NCBI RefSeq assembly: GCF_006345805.1
Contig: NC_043022.1
Span: 22,940,001-23,004,000 of the forward strand
Length of the DNA: 64,000 nucleotides
From: Octopus sinensis
Lineage: Eukaryota
Reading direction: 5' to 3'
Position 1 is the stretch's first letter. Every line of letters starts with the position of its first letter. The notes below the pieces were generated by a model. It saw only the letters and a program-made list of their open reading frames with translations. It was not told the DNA's origin and did no database searches. Positions 25,937 through 38,724 of the stretch are shown here, piece by piece. A program made the translations under genes and the position numbers.

Positions 25937-26232
25937 TAATGTGTAGAAATGAAGAGAAGAAATCTCATTGAAATAAAGGTGCCTTTAGAGATAGCATCAA
26001 CACTGCTCAGACTTGGAAAGAGAAATAGGATGTGCTTCTTGAAGATTGTGAGGATGCTAGTTGGAAGGTGATACATTATTCAAACAAAATTGGCCATAGA
26101 GGATTTATAGGAAATAGTATGAGATGGTGATGAGTGTCATTAGAAGTGACTCATTGCAAAACTAATGCCATCATGAAAGATACCTAAGCGAGAGTTGAGA
26201 AGGCAAACAATTGGATTTGGTTAAAAGAAGAT
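25937..26232 (+). mobile_element. Hero-like element, restriction-like endonuclease C-terminal fragment
   Basis: EIKVPL, CEDASWKVIHYSNKIGHRGFIGNS, VEKANNWIWLK resemble ELTVPW...EVG.RGF.G.S...AEKAS.WIW.K. Confidence 0.7.
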
Positions 26233-26489
26233 GGTAAGTAGTTTTTTTCTCAGTAGATTCAAGGCTGGCAAACAGTTGATTAAGCGGTCAAGTGGGATCT
26301 CACATCAGTAGAGGGGACTGGTGTGCAATAAAGCTGTTGATAGGAATGCCCTGAAATGATGCACATCTCCTCATGATCCTATAAACCTACTAGAATCACA
26401 GCTATTATCTGTTGCACTTGCACCTACATGTTGTTTGCAAGTGAACTCCCTCTCTATATATAGATGTATATATATATATAAATATATAT

Positions 26490-26706
26490 ATTCTTTTCTA
26501 CTCAAGGCACAAGGCCCGAAATTTGTGGGAAGGGAGGCCAGTCGATTAGATTGACCCCAATGCGCAACTGGTACTTAATTTATTGACCCTGAAAGAATGA
26601 AAGGCAAAGTCGACCTCAGCAGAATTTGAACTCAGAACACAAGACAGATGAAATACTGCTAAGCATTTTGCCCGGCATGCTAACATTTCTGCCAGCTCAC
26701 CGCCTT
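26490..26706 (-). mobile_element. SINE family B
   Basis: Head, core and tail motifs. Confidence 0.85.
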
Positions 26707-26894
26707 ATATATAAATCATCATTATCATCATCATATAAATATATATTAGATATCTATATCTGCAGGTATATATTTATGTACATATGTGTAAATGTATGTA
26801 TATGTGTACATTCATTAATGTGTATAAATATAGATATATATTTATATATTTACGCATACATATATATATATATATATATTTATATATATTTACG

Positions 26895-26952
<58 letters not shown>

Positions 26953-28010
26953 TACACATATAAACGTGTTTGTGTATATATATGTGTGTGTGCGTGCATG
27001 TGCATATATATATATGTAAATAAAGGTTGGTGTTAGTATATATAGTTCATATTTTGCTATATGTCTATATATGTATATAACTATAAGTATATATATGTAC
27101 GAGCATACATGTATGTGTATCTATCTATCTATATACACACAAGCATGCGTGCAGAGAAAGAGAAAAGCATTTTGTAAATTTGAAATTAATGAAAAAGACA
27201 ACATAAATTTCCATTTTGTGAAATTTTTTTCCATTGTGAAGACTTAGAAACAATTTATCAACACAAAATTTAAAGATTATTTTCGTTAAGGATAAACATG
27301 AAACTTTACCATTTTCTGAGACAATCTGTGACAGTGAAGCAAACCCTGGAATAAGTTACTTTGTTTACAGCCAAATTCTTCTTCCTTTCTCATCCTAAGC
27401 TTGGCTCCACCAAACCCTCATCTTCTTATCTAATCCTTACATATTCACAAATTTTTAAATTTTATTTCATATACATATATATTTTTTTTTTGCTCTTAAA
27501 TCCTTGTCAGCTTCATATTGTCACCCTGTTTCTTAATCCTTTCTCTTTCTCTCGCTTTCTCTGTTCCTATTCCCTTTGTCACACACACTCTCTCTCTCTC
27601 TCTGAGCATTTCCCTATTTCCTCTGTATCTCCCTCTTTCTCCTTCTCTCTCTGTCTGTCTCTCTGTTCTCCTCCACTCCCCATCTCTCTGTCTCTAATCT
27701 ACTCTGAAGGGATTATCATAACACACTTTGTTGTCCCTACTATACACAATAATACACACTATATAGAGACGCCATGTATACTGTGTCATGTATGAGTGTA
27801 TAATACAAAATAAACACCCTCCAAATAGACATGTCGCATTCATATATATTATATATGCTAAGCAATACATACCACAATCTGTATATAAATACAGACACAG
27901 TATAAACATACTACATGTATATGATCTATATATATGATATACTTACTAATACTCATTATACATACATACATACATACATACATACACAAACTTGTGTGTG
28001 AGTGTATACC

Positions 28011-28227
28011 TGAGGGGGTGTTGAAAAGTTCCTGGCTTTGAATAAAAGAGAATACAGGAGGATCAGTTAATTATGACTTTATTCAACCTTTTCGTCTCTC
28101 GGATTCACACATTTAATGCAGCGGGCCTTCTTTTTTTCTAAGCCCTGTAAAAGAATGTGGAAGATTGGGGCTCCAACTGGGCATTTCACAATACCCTTAA
28201 AGCCAGGAACTTTTCAGCAAGCCCTCA
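28011..28227. mobile_element. Mariner-type MITE
   Basis: TIRs GAGGGGGTGTTGAAAAGTTCCTGGCTTT / AAAGCCAGGAACTTTTCAGCAAGCCCTC with TA nearby on both sides. Confidence 0.8.
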
Positions 28228-28714
28228 TATATATATATATATATATATGCATGCATGTATGTGTGCTTATATATGTGTGTGTGTATGGAGGTCCTTTAAT
28301 ATTTAATTGAGTGCACATTAACTAGTTCTGTATGATTTACAAGCAACATACAAATGCAGCCACTAGCACCGCCACCACCACCACATTACAACACCACCAC
28401 AACCACATCACCAACATCAATAAAACTACAACCACAAAAGTACATCACTAATGAAAATAACAGAACTCCACAATAGTAATAATTTCTAACAAAGATGTCA
28501 CGTGGGAGAAAGGTTGAGCTGAATTAATTGACCCCAGGATAATTAATTTTACACAGGAAGGATAAAACACAGAGTTCATCTAGGTGTGATTTGAACTCAT
28601 GGTGTCATAGTGCATATGATACATCTTAAAAATCTAATGATTACAAAATGATGTAACACCTTCTACAGGTAGATCTGTGACTCATCATCTACAACATCCG
28701 GAAGTGTGGGCTTA

Positions 28715-28770
28715 CACCTATTGGATTACATATTGGATTATATATATATATAGAGAGAGAGACATATACA

Positions 28771-28810
<40 letters not shown>

Positions 28811-29185
28811 CATATACAATATACATACACACACACACATATATATATATATACACACACACACATACAGAGAGAGAGACCCAGAGGTGGAGACAGAGAA
28901 TTGATGTATAAACATCAAAATATACATCCATGAAATAATTGTGAATAATGAAATAATTGTGAATTTTCTGCTTTTCATTCCAAACACACACACACATATA
29001 TGTACCAGTTGGATTGCATATCTAAACTAACTGAACTGATACATACATATATATATATATACATCCATACACACACACTTGTATTGCGTACATACACCTG
29101 TTGGATTAAGTAAACGTATCTGCTGGATTATATTTATATACCTCTTGGATTACATATACCCATACCTGTTGGATTACATATACAA
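28715..29185. repeat. Dispersed TACCTGTTGGATTACATA minisatellite
   Basis: Several degenerate copies among TA/CA repeats. Confidence 0.6.
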
Positions 29186-29410
29186 TATTGTACTGTTTGT
29201 TACATCACACATACTTGCACCTTAATTACTTTATTAAACAATTAGTTATATATATTCTCTAAACTGTATTGTAGTCTGCGTTAGTGTTGGGTACACAATT
29301 TTCTTTCCTGTTTTATAACAGGATGTAGATATTTACATTAGAGCTATAGCACTTAGATTTGATTTAAGAGAGTTTTAAACAACAGTGTGTAGTGTGTGTG
29401 AGCACGTGTA

Positions 29411-29813
29411 TACTCTTTTACTTGTTTCAGTCATTTGTGGCCATGCTGGTGCACCGCTTCTAGTCAAGCAAATCGACCCCAGGACTTATTCTTTGTAAGC
29501 CTAGTACTTATTCTATCGGTCTCTTTTGCCGAACTGCTAAGTTACGGGGATGTAAACACACCAGTATCGGTTGTCAAGTAATGTTGGGGGGGACAAACAC
29601 AGACACACAAACATACACACCCACCCACACACACACATATATATATATATAAACATATACACGACAGGCTTCTTTCAGTTTCTGTCTACCAGATCCACTC
29701 ACAAGGCTTTGGTCGGCCCAAGGCTATAGTAGAAGACACTTGCCCAAGGTGCCACGCAGTGGGACTGAACCCGGAACCATGTGGTTGGTAAGCAAGCTAC
29801 TTACCACACAGCC
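29411..29813 (-). mobile_element. SINE family A, near full length
   Basis: Family head and tail motifs. Confidence 0.9.
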
Positions 29814-30246
29814 AAAAAGAAAATAATAAATATGAATGATTTTTCTGGTAATTATTTACCGCTTTAATTACTTTAATGAATAGATGCTTGCAAATTGTTA
29901 GATGTTTGTAGAGTTTTTCAAATATATGCAACAGTATCAAGTATTTTTTTTTTATTTCTATTTCTCCTGCAGACAGATAGACAGACAGACAGACACACAC
30001 ACACACACAGGGATAAGGAAGGAGAGTGAGAGGAGTGGGAGGGAGAGAGAGGGAGAAAAGTTATAAGAATTTATAAACTTTTCAGACAATGTGAAGAAAA
30101 AATGTTTTTGGAACAATAGATCTAAGAGCAGATAACAAAGCTATAAACACAAGCATGTAAATACTGGGCTGGAAATCCCTTTAGGATAGGAAAAGTTGAA
30201 GACTACACACACAAACACATAGTAGGAGACACACTAAATAACTACG

Positions 30247-30280
<34 letters not shown>

Positions 30281-30489
30281 TACATACACATCAATACACC
30301 ACAACATAACCACATATATATCACACACATGTATCACAACCTAACTACAGGCATATATTATATACACACATATCAGGACATAACTACTACTACTACTACT
30401 ACTACTACTACACACACACACACACACACAATGTTTCTGTTTGCACCAAAAGGAAAATGTATTCAATATAGAAAGAGAGTGTAAGAAAA

Positions 30490-30544
<55 letters not shown>

Positions 30545-31078
30545 TGTATAAAAATCAAATAAGGGTAGAAATTGATATTAAGCAATTAAAACCAGTGGCC
30601 TAGCATATTTTTTTTTTAATCCAAAGATTAAAAATTTTTATACATTTTCTTGAGAACACATTCTTTGTGGTAAATGGCGAGTTTGGCATCTATTTCTAGC
30701 ATACAGGCTGTCCACTATTAGTGGTCATTCCTATAAATTTTGTATATATATGTATGTATGTATATATATATATATATATAATATATATATATATATATGC
30801 TGGTTCTGAAACTACTCTTTATTTTGATTCAGTTTCATGGAAATCAGTGATTAAACAACTCTGTAACACTGAATTTCATGATCAAATTTATTCACAAAAC
30901 TGTTGCTTATGAAGGGACAATATATATATGTATATATGGCCACCAGGCCAAAACTTTCAGCTTACTGTTATCACTCTTCTTTTAAAAGCACAATAAATTG
31001 TACTTTACAGAAAGTGATGAGTAATCTGTCGGTTTAATAGAAAATTATTTTTTTATTATAATCTCAACATAAAAACAA

Positions 31079-31110
<32 letters not shown>

Positions 31111-31276
31111 TATATAAGTTTGGTATGTGGCAAAGCAAATTTTTTTGCTGAACCTTAATTATATAAAGTAATGTTTAAGTTTACCATAAATGGTCCTTTT
31201 TACATACTGAATACTGCTTGGTAAAATTATTAATTACTAATTAATTAATTTTACCCTTTATTATTATTCATTATAT

Positions 31277-31307
<31 letters not shown>

Positions 31308-31402
31308 ATATATATATATATATATACACACACATATACATATATATACATACAACACACACACATATACACATACAAACACACACACATATACACACAC
31401 AT

Positions 31403-31443
<41 letters not shown>

Positions 31444-31849
31444 GATAGTCACACATACATATATGTATCTTTGCATGTATGTATGTGCAAGGAGAGAGAC
31501 CCATTTTTAATATTATTATCAGCACAACATTCCATTTTATTGGACCTTTGCATGTCTCTAAGGGCTCATTTTTAAGGGCCCACCTCACGTGTACTGCGAC
31601 CATTCAGTGGCTGTGTGAATGTGGGGGTTGGATCCCCACACGCCATCACCGATTTCACCATCCAGGTTACAAAGACATAGTCCTGTCCCCTCTCTTCCGA
31701 TATGGCACAAATATGGAAATGTTTATCTTCAAATGTTGTAAAAAGGTGACTTCAACTTTTTCCTTTTCTTTTGCATCTTTCATAATATTTTTTATCATTT
31801 ACTTGTTGAAACTGAAATTGCTGGCCTTGTGCCAAAATTTGAAACCATT

Positions 31850-32219
31850 ATAATTTCCTCCACATTAGCAAAGGCGGAGATATTGTTTTTAGTCATGTTT
31901 GTTTGTCTGTCTGTGGACAAGATATCTCAAGAACTGCTGGATGGATTCTGATGAAACTTTCAGGGATGTTTGGCCTCATGACTGGCACAAACTGATTAGA
32001 TTTTGAGATTGATCCAGTACCGGACAAGGATTCTGGATTATTTTTCCGGTTTCTTTATTTAACTTTTGAGAGCAGTCGGTTTTATCTTTAGTATTCTCAT
32101 TTGTGAGAGCAGTCGAGTTTATTTCAGATATTGTCATTTTAAAAATCATCCCTGGCTAATCGTTGAAAGGACATTGATGTTGCCTTGGTGGAGGTTTGCA
32201 CTCTCTAAGTGCTCTTGTT
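31850..32219 (+). mobile_element. Helentron-associated (HINE/DINE-1-like) element
   Basis: Subterminal IRs CCTCCAC / GGTGGAGG, GTTTGTCTGTCTG tract, 3' hairpin GCACTCTCTAAGTGC then CTTGTT. Confidence 0.6.
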
Positions 32220-32261
32220 GTTGTTATTATCATTATTATTATTATTAAAAGGAAATATAAA

Positions 32262-32525
32262 AGGAGAAAGGGGCTCACTACCCCACTTTAGACCAGGCTC
32301 CCGTGGCTTTTATGGGTATTTCCACGGGTAACCTTTCAAAGCGCCTCCCCCTATTGGGAGTTTTAATTGTTACTTACATTTCGTTGTTATCCTGCTTTTA
32401 TACACGGACCTTTTTTCAAACGGACAAAACCATTTGTAACTTTCGTCCTGTGTTTTGTCCCTTTATGTTTTAATTGATTTTTGTTAGCCCTTGTGGCCAA
32501 TAAACAAATTATTATTATTATTATT
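32262..32525 (+). mobile_element. Probable LINE 3' UTR ending in (TTA)n
   Basis: Ends ...TTTTGTCC...TTAGCCCTTGTGGCCAATAAACAAA(TTA)n, similar to the family B SINE tail but with no SINE head. Confidence 0.4.
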
Positions 32526-33044
32526 ATTAAATGAGGCAAATCATTGGCTCACCAGGCAAAATGCTTTACATGTTTACATGCGTTTAAATTCCGCTGAGGT
32601 CAACTTTGCTTTTCATCTTTTCAGGGTCAATGAAAGAAGTACCAGTTATGCACTGGAATCAATGTAATCAACTAGCCCCCTCCTCTCAATTTCAGGCGGT
32701 GTGTCTATAGTAGAAATGGGGTGAGATGGCTGAATCATTAGCATGCTGGGCGAAATGCTAAATGGCATTTCATCCATCTTTGCGTTCTGAGTTCAAATTC
32801 CACTGTGGTCGACTTTGCCTTTCATCCTTTTGGGCCAATAAAATAAAGTACCAGTCCAGCACTGGGGTCAATGTAATTGCTGGCCTTGTGCCAAAATTTG
32901 AAATCATCATCATCATTATTATTATTATTATCATCATTATCATTATTTTTGCTATTTTCCTGATCATCATCATCATTGCCAGAATCGGTGAAGCATCAGA
33001 TAAAATATCAAGTGTAGGTTGACGGATGTTATCAGTGTATATAA

Positions 33045-33103
<59 letters not shown>

Positions 33104-33480
33104 TTGTGTGTATTCCAGTTCGTGTCTGTCATTCACTGAGGCATATGTTTACCATTATTAGACAGACTTCGTCAAGGGTGACTGCACCTGTGACACAGAC
33201 TGTGATGGTTAAGATAGATCACCATCTTTTTGTTTCGGTTTTGCATCCCTGCTGTCCTAGCATGTGTTCTGTTGTGTCTGGCATCGGTGGAAACACTGTG
33301 TACCAATTTAGCTCATACCATTAGAAAGGGAGAGACTGGGATGGGGGGCCACACAAACTTACTTTGTCTAAAATGTCATTTACTCAAGTTGTGCAGTGGC
33401 AACACAAATGTCTTTGTGTTTTTTTTTTTGCTTTTATATTTTACAGAGCAGTTATGCATTGTTCTTGATGGGATAGTCCC

Positions 33481-33664
33481 TTGTGTGTGTGTGTGTGTGT
33501 GTGTGTGTTTATGTATGCATGTGTATGAATATATGTGTAAATATATATGTGTGTGTGTGTGTGTGTTTATGTTGTGTCTCTCCTGTATATATGTATGTGT
33601 GTGTGTTTCTGTGTATATACGTGTATGTGCATGTGTGTCTATGCATAAATAGTATATGTCTGGG

Positions 33665-33699
<35 letters not shown>

Positions 33700-33960
33700 A
33701 TACGTGTGTGTATGTTGTGACTCTTCTGTATATATATGTGTGTGCATGTGTTTCTGTATATATACGTGTATGTGCATGTGTGTCTACGTATAAATGGTAT
33801 ATGTGTGTGTGTTTATGTATGTATGTGTATGAATATATGTGTAAATATATATGTGTGTATGTTGTGTCTCTTCTGTATATGTGTGTGTGTGTGTGTTTCT
33901 GTATATATACAGGTATGTGCATGTGTGTCTATGTATAAATGGCGTGTGTGTCTACGTACA
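33481..33960. repeat. Higher-order repeat built on TG/TA microsatellite
   Basis: TATACGTGTATGTGCATGTGTGTCTA and GTGTATGAATATATGTGTAAATATATATGTG recur two to three times. Confidence 0.8.
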
Positions 33961-33965
33961 AATGG

Positions 33966-34431
33966 TATATGGTTGATCCCCATAACCATTCAATGTTTAA
34001 AAACTAGTTTTATAGAAACGTCTTTCAAAATTCCTATTTTGTTTTTCACACATTGAACTATGAGAAAGAAACCTAGCTGTTTCTTGCAATACATACTAAT
34101 ACATACATCTAAAGCAAAATTTCTTCAGATTCTCAACCATTTTCTATCTATGGATCCTTTTCATTACTACTTTATTCTGGTGGAAACCTCTTTCAAAACT
34201 ACTATCTTATTTTTCACCCATCACCTTGTGAAGGTTGAATTATGTAAAATGTTATAGAAAGAAGTGTAGCTATTTCTCTAACCAAAATATACATCTTAAG
34301 CAAAATTTTTCCAGAGACCCTTAAAACAACAAATACTGTTGTGGCTTCCCAATTTACTATTTTGCTGTGTGGACCCCCAAAATCTTATATGGGCCCTCAA
34401 GGTCCATGTGGACCCTGGTGGAGAACCACTG
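33966..34431 (+). mobile_element. hAT/Charlie-type MITE, 5'-truncated
   Basis: Ends GGTGGAGAACCACTG; body homologous to 51578-52164. Confidence 0.7.
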
Positions 34432-34479
34432 CCCTATAGCTTCTCATCTGAGCTTCAGACTGAAGAGCAGCTTTATATA

Positions 34480-34514
<35 letters not shown>

Positions 34515-34655
34515 ATGTGTGTGTGTGTGTTTGTGTGTATCAATTGGCTTTGAACATGGTCAGTGGTTCCCCTACCCTAACAATATAGTTATACAGTTGT
34601 AAACCTTTCCAGAGAAACAAAAATACTAAACCTTCAACTTATTCTATCATTTCAG

Positions 34656-34763
34656 ATACGAGGTAGCATCTACAACCCTGGCTGGGAATATGATGCCAAC
34701 GCCCTGGAGTTTTGTCATCACCGGGACCTCAATGTACAATCTAGACCCTTTGCAACATACAAG
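34656..34763 (+). CDS. Hil: Hillarin/KY-like gene, first visible coding exon (internal, phase 0/0)
   Basis: Acceptor ...tatcatttcAG at 34654-55, donor AAG|GTactt at 34764; 108 nt = IRGSIYNPGWEYDANALEFCHHRDLNVQSRPFATYK; joins in frame to the next exon. No in-frame ATG upstream before TAA at 34578-80. Confidence 0.8.
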
Positions 34764-34917
34764 GTACTTATGGCCTTTTCAAACATCTTCAATGATTGTT
34801 GTACATCTGTTTAAGAAGTATTACATGAGAGTATTTTATTAATTCAGACTCTGTGAAACTGTTGTGGTTTCTTTAACATGTGTTTGTAACATCTGTATGT
34901 GTATATGTGTATATATA

Positions 34918-35412
34918 CCGTAAATCCTCGAGTATAGTCCACCCTTGAGTATAATATGCAGGGGATTTTTAGGGGGCTGTACCTCTGAAAAACCTAAACC
35001 TTGTGTATAATATGCACCCCTTCTCTAACTTGAGTCAAGGAGGTCTATAGCATCCTTGGTTTGCAAGAATGTATATGGTAATGTCCTTTATTATTATTGT
35101 ATATATAACATAATGCAAACGTGTAGCTTTTTTGTGCATTTTGTTTGCAGAAAATAAAGAAATAACAGTAATAACGTTTAATAAATGTTGCTTACTGCAA
35201 GTTATGGATGATTCTTTTATGACTTCATTGCTTCAGGCTTAGCTTAAGGTATTTTCTCGCCCGACATCACAAAATGCGTCTGAATAAACATTGCCAGACA
35301 GCAAATAGAGACTCGGACATTGCTTAGAAAATATTTTTCATTTTTAACGCACTAGGGATTTTGACCTTTAAATTTTGGGGAAAAAATGCGGATTATACTT
35401 GAGGATTTACAG
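34918..35412. mobile_element. Tc2/pogo-type non-autonomous DNA transposon (intronic)
   Basis: 25-bp TIRs CCGTAAATCCTCGAGTATAGTCCAC vs CTGTAAATCCTCAAGTATAATCCGC (21/25); TA on the left; subterminal GTATAATATGCA repeats. Confidence 0.8.
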
Positions 35413-35959
35413 CATATATATGTAACAAACATGCACCCACAGACACAGACAGACAGAGACAGAAAACTAAATAGACAGAAAGACAGACAGACAGACTAAA
35501 AGATAGACAAAAAGACAGGCAGACATGCATACAGACTGACAGAGAGACAGAAAGATAGATAGATAAAGAGAAAGAGGGACAAGTGACAGATAATCAGACA
35601 AGTAGATAGAGAGATAGACAAACTCAGATTGTTTGATTGAGAGATCAGATAGACAAACATATCTTACTTAAATGTATTGAAAATGCAAATATATTAATAA
35701 AATGCAGAGAGTTTTTTGTTTTATACATAGATATTTACATAGTGTGACATACTATTCGTTACAATTCATTGTAATGAATAATTTTAAGCTTCATACTTTT
35801 TTGAAGTGTTTCTATTGAACTCTGTGACCATGCCTTCAAAAGATTACCTCTCACACACACATACACACACACAATTCTGTTTTCCAATTTTCTTTCTCTC
35901 TCTCTCTCTCTCTCCCTTCTCTCGTTCTTCTCTGAAAAATAAAATAAAATTTTTCACAT

Positions 35960-36411
35960 TCATGTAAGAGTGTGATCGTTGACAGAGTGGCTATTCGTGT
36001 ATGATCATTACCAGCGTCGCCTTACTGGCACTTATGCCTCTGCTAGTAGGGTGCCAAGAGCACCATCTGATCGTGATCGTTGCCAGAGCAGCCAACTGGC
36101 TTCCGTACCCGTGGCACATAAAAGGGCACCGTTTGAGTGTGATCGTTACCAATGTCGCTTCACTGGCACGTGTAAAAAGATTCGAGCGAGGTCATTGCCA
36201 GTACTGCCTGACTGGCTCCTGTGCCGGTGGCATGTAAAAAGCACCCACTACGCTCTCGGAGTGGTTGGCGTTAGGAAGGGCATCCAGCTGTAGAAACTCT
36301 GCCAGATCAAGACTGGAGACTGGTGAAGCCATCTGGTTTGCCAGCGCTCAGTCAAAATCGTCCAACCCATGCTAGCATGGAAAGTGGACGTTAAACGATA
36401 ATGATGATGAT
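35960..36411 (+). mobile_element. SINE family D (intronic)
   Basis: Same units, core and tail as 10984-11467. Confidence 0.85.
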
Positions 36412-36420
36412 GTAGGTGTC

Positions 36421-36453
<33 letters not shown>

Positions 36454-36497
36454 CGCACGTGCATGTACAAAGATGTGGTCAGTTAAGTGAGAGATGG

Positions 36498-36695
36498 CAG
36501 GGGTCTACCAAGGCTCAGTGTTTAGTCCTTTCCTATTCATCAAGGTCTTACTGGCTATCTTAAAGGAATTTAAGATTATCTATATGCTCATGATTTAGCT
36601 TTTATAGCTGAATCTATTGTAAAATTAGAGAAGAAACTCCAGACATGGAAGCAAAGCCAAGAATGGAGAGGTCTCAAAATAAATTTAGTAAGGAC
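36498..36695 (+). mobile_element. Decayed RTE-type LINE reverse transcriptase fragment
   Basis: GVYQGSVFSPFLFIKVL...LYAHDLAFIAESIVKLEKKLQTWKQ...GLKINL (QGSVLSP and YADD motifs, the latter decayed to YAHD). Confidence 0.8.
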
Positions 36696-36730
36696 TTAGA
36701 TTTTAGTGAGTAGGAAAGAAGGTAGGACGC

Positions 36731-37018
36731 TGGCTGGCTGGCCGGTCGGTCGGTCGGTTAGTTGGTTGGTTGGTTGGTTGGTTGCTTGGCTGGTTTGTTT
36801 GGTTGGTTTGTTGGTTGGTTGGTTGGTTGGTTGGTTGGTTGATTTGTTGGTTGGTTGGTTGGTTGGTTGGTTGGTTTGTTGGTTGGTTGGTTGGTTTGTT
36901 GGTTGGTTGGTTGGTTGGTTGGTTGGTTGGTTGGTTGGTTGGTTGGTTGGTTGGTTTGTTGGTTGGTTGGTTGGTTGGTTGGTTGGTTGGTTTATTGGTT
37001 GCTTGGCTGGCTGGCTGC
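36731..37018. repeat. (TGGT)n tetranucleotide microsatellite
   Basis: Direct inspection; ends about 60 bp before the 37081 acceptor. Confidence 0.95.
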
Positions 37019-37080
37019 ATGTGTGTGTATTGATATTGATATGCATACTGACATGTTTTATGTTTGATCTTTTCTGACAG

Positions 37081-37467
37081 GACTTTGAAAGATCTGGTGT
37101 TTTCGCAGCCCAAAATGACCTGGAACAGATTCAGAAGGTGGAGGAAGACCTTCTCTACAGCACTTTCAGGCGCAACCGAGAGAAGAAAATCAAGAAACTG
37201 GAAGCAGATTTACAGCAGGAGAAGGAGAAATCGGTGATGGAATTGGTGAACGGATTCGAGAGAATCGTCTCGCAGAATTCGTCACAAAGCAGGCTAGAGG
37301 AGGAGACGAAGAAACTCGAAGAGGAATATAGCATGAAAAAACAATCAATGATGAAAGACTTGTTAGAAACGATGACGAGTGAGGAAAGAGCTCAGGTGGC
37401 ACAACTTATTGATAAACACAGTCAACAAATGTTGGCGTTAATCACAGAGAAACTGTCTTTGAAACAG
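37081..37467 (+). CDS. Hil: Hillarin/KY-like gene, coiled-coil exon (phase 0/0)
   Basis: Acceptor ...tttctgacAG at 37079-80, donor CAG|GTgtgt at 37468; 387 nt = [49 protein letters not shown]...[18 protein letters not shown], a charged helical segment resembling the hillarin coiled-coil region. Confidence 0.9.
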
Positions 37468-37544
37468 GTGTGTGTTATGGAGACTTTTGTCATTTTGTTG
37501 TTGTTGTTGTTGTTGTGGGTGATGTAGCCTAGGGATGCAGTAAA

Positions 37545-38100
37545 GTGACTTCACATCATTTATTTACACTGTCATCATCACTAGCACCACTACTATCACC
37601 GTTATCATCACCATCACTATCGTTGTCATCATCATTACTACTCTCATCACTATCATTTGTCACCATCATCGTTATCATCATCATCATCACCACCATCACC
37701 AGCACCACCACTACCATCATCAACATTACCACTCCCATCACCACCACCACAACCACCATCACTAACATTACCATCATGATCACTGCCATCATCATCACCA
37801 TTGTCATTGCTTCATCATCATCATCATCATCACCACAGCCATCACCACCACCACTACCATTATCATTGCTACTCTCATTATTATTTTCACCTAAATGGCG
37901 GTGCCCCAGCATGGCCACAGCTCATAAGCTGAAACTAGAATCAATCAATCAAAACCTGCATCATCATCATCATCATCACCACCACCACCACTGTTATCAC
38001 TATCATCATCATCATCACTACTCTCATCACCACTACCACCACTGTCATCATCATCACGACCTCTTTCACCATTACCACTCTCATCACTACCATCATTTTA
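37545..38100. repeat. (CAT/CAC)n low-complexity tract
   Basis: Direct inspection. Confidence 0.9.
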
Positions 38101-38419
38101 CACCCACTCTTCTGTAGTTGCAAAGGTTGACCATCCCTGTCCCGACCTTCACCTGTTTCCAAGCAAGGAAATATTTCCCCCATTAGTCGAACATGTTTTC
38201 ACAGCATGGCCACAGTCAAATGACTGAAACAAGTAAAAGAGAAAAAAAAAAAGAGAATATAAACATACACTTCAAACACATGGCTGCAGTTTCACTCCCA
38301 TTGCATGGCACCTTAGGCTTTTCTAAGTTGAAATGCTTCTGGAACCTAACTTTTTCATTACAATCAACACCTTTCTCTTTTCTTTGATACAATTAAAAGA
38401 GTAAGGGTAAAGAGTAAAG

Positions 38420-38724
38420 ACGTCTTTCAGTCAAAAGTGACCATGGGATTGCACCTAGAAACAAGGTTGTTTATGGAAGACCAACAGTCGCTCATGCATA
38501 CCAGCCTCCCTCTCCATGCCACTGATGTCATCCAAGGGAAAGGCAAAGGCCAATACAGCTTGGCACTAGTGACATCACTAACCATTTCTACAGCTGAGTG
38601 AACTGGAGCAAAGTGAAATAAAATATCTTGCTTATGAACACAACACACAGCTAGGTCCAGGAATTGAACTCACTACCTCATGTTTGTGAGCCAGATGCTC
38701 TAACCACTGAGCTATGCACCTTCA
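38420..38724 (-). mobile_element. SINE family C (intronic)
   Basis: Family motifs including CCATGGGATTGCACCTAGAAA. Confidence 0.8.

Noticed and set aside
31479-33324. ORFs with IGPL (31479-31853) and TVYQ (33019-33324) as the missing LIM exon
   Set aside because: No CxxC/H spacing and no compatible splice sites.
36696-37113. Telomeric array, or NQPT/LVGW repeat proteins
   Set aside because: Unit is TGGT, not TTAGGG; the ORFs are repeat translations.
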